DNA from: Haliotis rufescens
Taxonomy: Eukaryota
Direction of reading: 5' to 3'
Assembly: GCF_023055435.1 (NCBI RefSeq)
Contig: NW_025963779.1
Span: forward strand, 76,694,001-76,758,000
DNA length: 64,000 nucleotides
The first letter of the stretch is position 1. Each line of letters starts with the position of its first letter. Of the stretch, positions 61,591-64,000 are shown piece by piece. The notes under the pieces are model-generated. The model made no database searches. It worked only from the letters and a program-made list of their open reading frames with translations, and had not been told where the DNA came from. The position numbers were made by a program, and so were the translations under genes.

Positions 61591-62962
61591 CACAAAGAAA
61601 AAAGTTAAGCACACCCCTATTTCTGAACCGTGACAATGGCAAAAATCATGGCACGGGATGACTGATCACTGGATCTGGGCGATACCAATGTCATCTGATA
61701 GAACAAACATTTGACAACAAATAAAGAAGATATTGGTGAGTGGTGATTGAAATTTACTGACAAAAACATCATGGTTACACAGGTACTGTTTTTGACTTTA
61801 GACAATACCTTAAAAAGTATGGAGCTGCATGATTACGTAAACGAGTTACGTTTGATGTTTCATGTAAAAATGTTCCTTAAACTCTCTACTTGACATGACA
61901 CGTGAAACAGATCAGTAGGGGTATAACGGCAAAGTGCCCGGATGACGCATTCCACCCTACGTCTCATGCCTCCAGTCAGACGTTGGATCTGTTGATGGGT
62001 CAACAACCACTCCTGATGCCATGCTGCTTCCAATTGGCGTAAATCTTGTACAGGGGGGTCTCGTGCCTGTATGCGCTGCCCCAGAATATCCCAAACATGT
62101 TCAAGGGGGTTCAAATCTGGGCTCATTGCTGGCCAAGGTAGAGTCGTTATTGCGTTGGCTCTCGTTTAAACCACGACTGCATGAGAACGATGAGGCCTGG
62201 CATTGTTATCCATGTACTGAGGTCTAGTAGCAAGGGTGTGGTTGTCAAAATGAGGAACGACAAGTGGCCTCAAAACGTCCCGGATGTACTGAGACCCAGT
62301 TAAGTTTCCCCTTATGGTGACCAAATCCAACCTGCAATGATGAGAGATACACCCCCAAACCATTACCGAGCCCCCGCCGTATGTAACAGTCGGTTTAATG
62401 TTCCTGGGGGTGTAGGCCGGGTTCCGGTGCCTCCAAACCCTCGTTCTTCCATCAGTAACGTGGAGCAGAAAGCGACTTTCGTCTGACCAATGGGTCCGTC
62501 TCCAAGTTCACAGATTCCAGTTCTGTCGGGCAAAGTTCTGTCACATTACCGGTCTGAAGATGTTTCTCGACCAAACGGCTTACGGCAGTGTGATAATACC
62601 CCAAATTCCGATCGATGGCATTACAAGACATGCCTGCGTTATGCATGCCGAATATTTGCTATCTTGTGGCGTTTGATAATCGCCTTCGTGCCATGGTCAC
62701 ACAATGTCATGGAGTAACTGTTTAAAACCGAGCTTAAGAAAGCAACTTTAACGTTTGGATATACTGCTTTTAGAGATATTCGAGGGTAGCATGCTGCACG
62801 GGCATACCATGCATGGCACGAAAGATTTCGTCACGCACGACTGATTACATCCACTCGAGAAAACAAAATACTTCCCGTAATTATATCTTTCCTGACTGTT
62901 ATAAATATTGGGACCAAACAATAATGAAACACATTTGGGTGTGCTGAACGTTTTTCTTTGTG
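61591..62962 (-). mobile_element. Tc1-family DNA transposon with both TIRs and a disrupted transposase (about 62650-61920)
   Basis: TIR CACAAAGAAAAAAGTTAAGCACACCC / GGGTGTGCTGAACGTTTTTCTTTGTG with TA flanks. HTH (AGMSCNAIDRNLG), WSDESRF, GGGSVMVWGCIS, MDNNARPH and WPAMSPDLNPLEHVW motifs; frameshifts and an internal deletion. Confidence 0.92.
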
Positions 62963-64000
62963 TATATTTGGTGCCACCGACCAAGCTCAACTGGTAGTCG
63001 CTGGTTTGAAAGTCTGTATTGTATTAAAGTGAAAATACTTTTATGGGGCAATTTTTGTTAAAAAAAACAAACCATATTTAATAATATCGATTATCTTATA
63101 GAATTTACCCTAAGATGAGGTCATCACGATGTGGCTGAAAGATTGGCGATGTGACGTTACATAATAACTCACTGACTCACCTCAGATGAGGAGTTTAGAT
63201 GTGGTCGTCACGATGTGGCTGAAAGATTGGCGATGTGACGTTAAATAATAACTCACTGATTCACCTCAGGTGAGGAGTCGATGTCAGACCTCCAATGTTG
63301 AACTTGCATGTGCACTTGCCCCTCAAGAGGTCAGAGCTTCATTATATAAGAGTCCGGGTGTTCTCGAGAGGTAGACTGGACTATGGTGTGTTTTAATGAG
63401 GTGCTTTGTTGTGAGCATCGCCAAGCTCTGGAATGCCACATGCGCCTCATATAAGAGTTGAATAGTCAGTGTACCCTTATCTGCTGGGCTTTCGTGTTTA
63501 TCACTGAGTATTCAGTTTGCAGTGTCATGTGCCATTTGCCAGTGTACATTTCTCTTCACAAATATGCCACCAATGTATTGAAGACATGCCTTGACGTCAC
63601 TGCCATATCGTATGTTCGGCCATCACAACCGCCTCAGTGATGTAGTGAATACAGTGTGAGCCAGGGTTCAAAAGGTAGGTGCACGGTGTCATTAAGTTGG
63701 TGTAGTGATCGTAGGTTTCCGGAGGTCTTCGGAAAGGTTCGAGTTGGTCGTCCCTTGGATGACCGCGGGAGATTGCCAAGAATTCAAGTGTGTTGTCAGC
63801 CATCGTTGTAAGTAAACCAGGTAGAGTTCCTAGCTCAATGCAGTATTGACTCATATACTGACTTGACAAACTGACAGCCCTTGTACGTGAGTATACAACA
63901 AGGTTTGTGAAACCGAGATATCGTTTTCACAACATTGGTATTTCCGCTTCACTGCACACCTACAATGATGTAAGCTATGATGCAAGTACGAGCGTTCTAT

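Noticed and set aside
63300-63869. Coding-like - strand stretch as CYP-F exon 1 or a new gene
   Set aside because: No TM anchor, PPGP or recognisable domain, and stops in the frames I read; at most an unidentifiable relic.

Overview
Repeat-rich animal genomic DNA with spliceosomal GT-AG introns and five N-gaps. The SINE repertoire looks molluscan, probably gastropod or abalone-like (recognition only, not verified). The window holds a tandem cluster of four-exon, clan-2 (CYP2-like) cytochrome P450 genes whose three introns are all phase 1. Copies A (12211-15848, +) and B (20085-23903, +) are intact and near-identical. Copy C (41773-43666, -) is an inverted, 5'-truncated pseudogene with a stop codon. 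Copy D (43946-44670, +) is a ghost that lost almost all of its coding region. Two more distant paralogues lie on the - strand: E (48861-51450, intact) and F (56076-59249, exon 1 not found in the window). An inverted exon-4 relic sits at about 54600. The main observations are: (1) A/B/C replace the I-helix oxygen-activation motif AGxETT with PGT(F/Y)DN while keeping the heme Cys, ExxR and PERF, which suggests non-canonical P450 chemistry; (2) a 72-bp x10 tandem array upstream of A carries hammerhead-ribozyme-like cores on the - strand, though stem I is not evident; (3) a roughly 22 kb quasi-palindrome, a probable gene-conversion tract in exon 1, and a candidate core-promoter deletion in B. The rest is four SINE-like families, Tc1, Penelope-like and LINE relics, MITEs and five minisatellite families.
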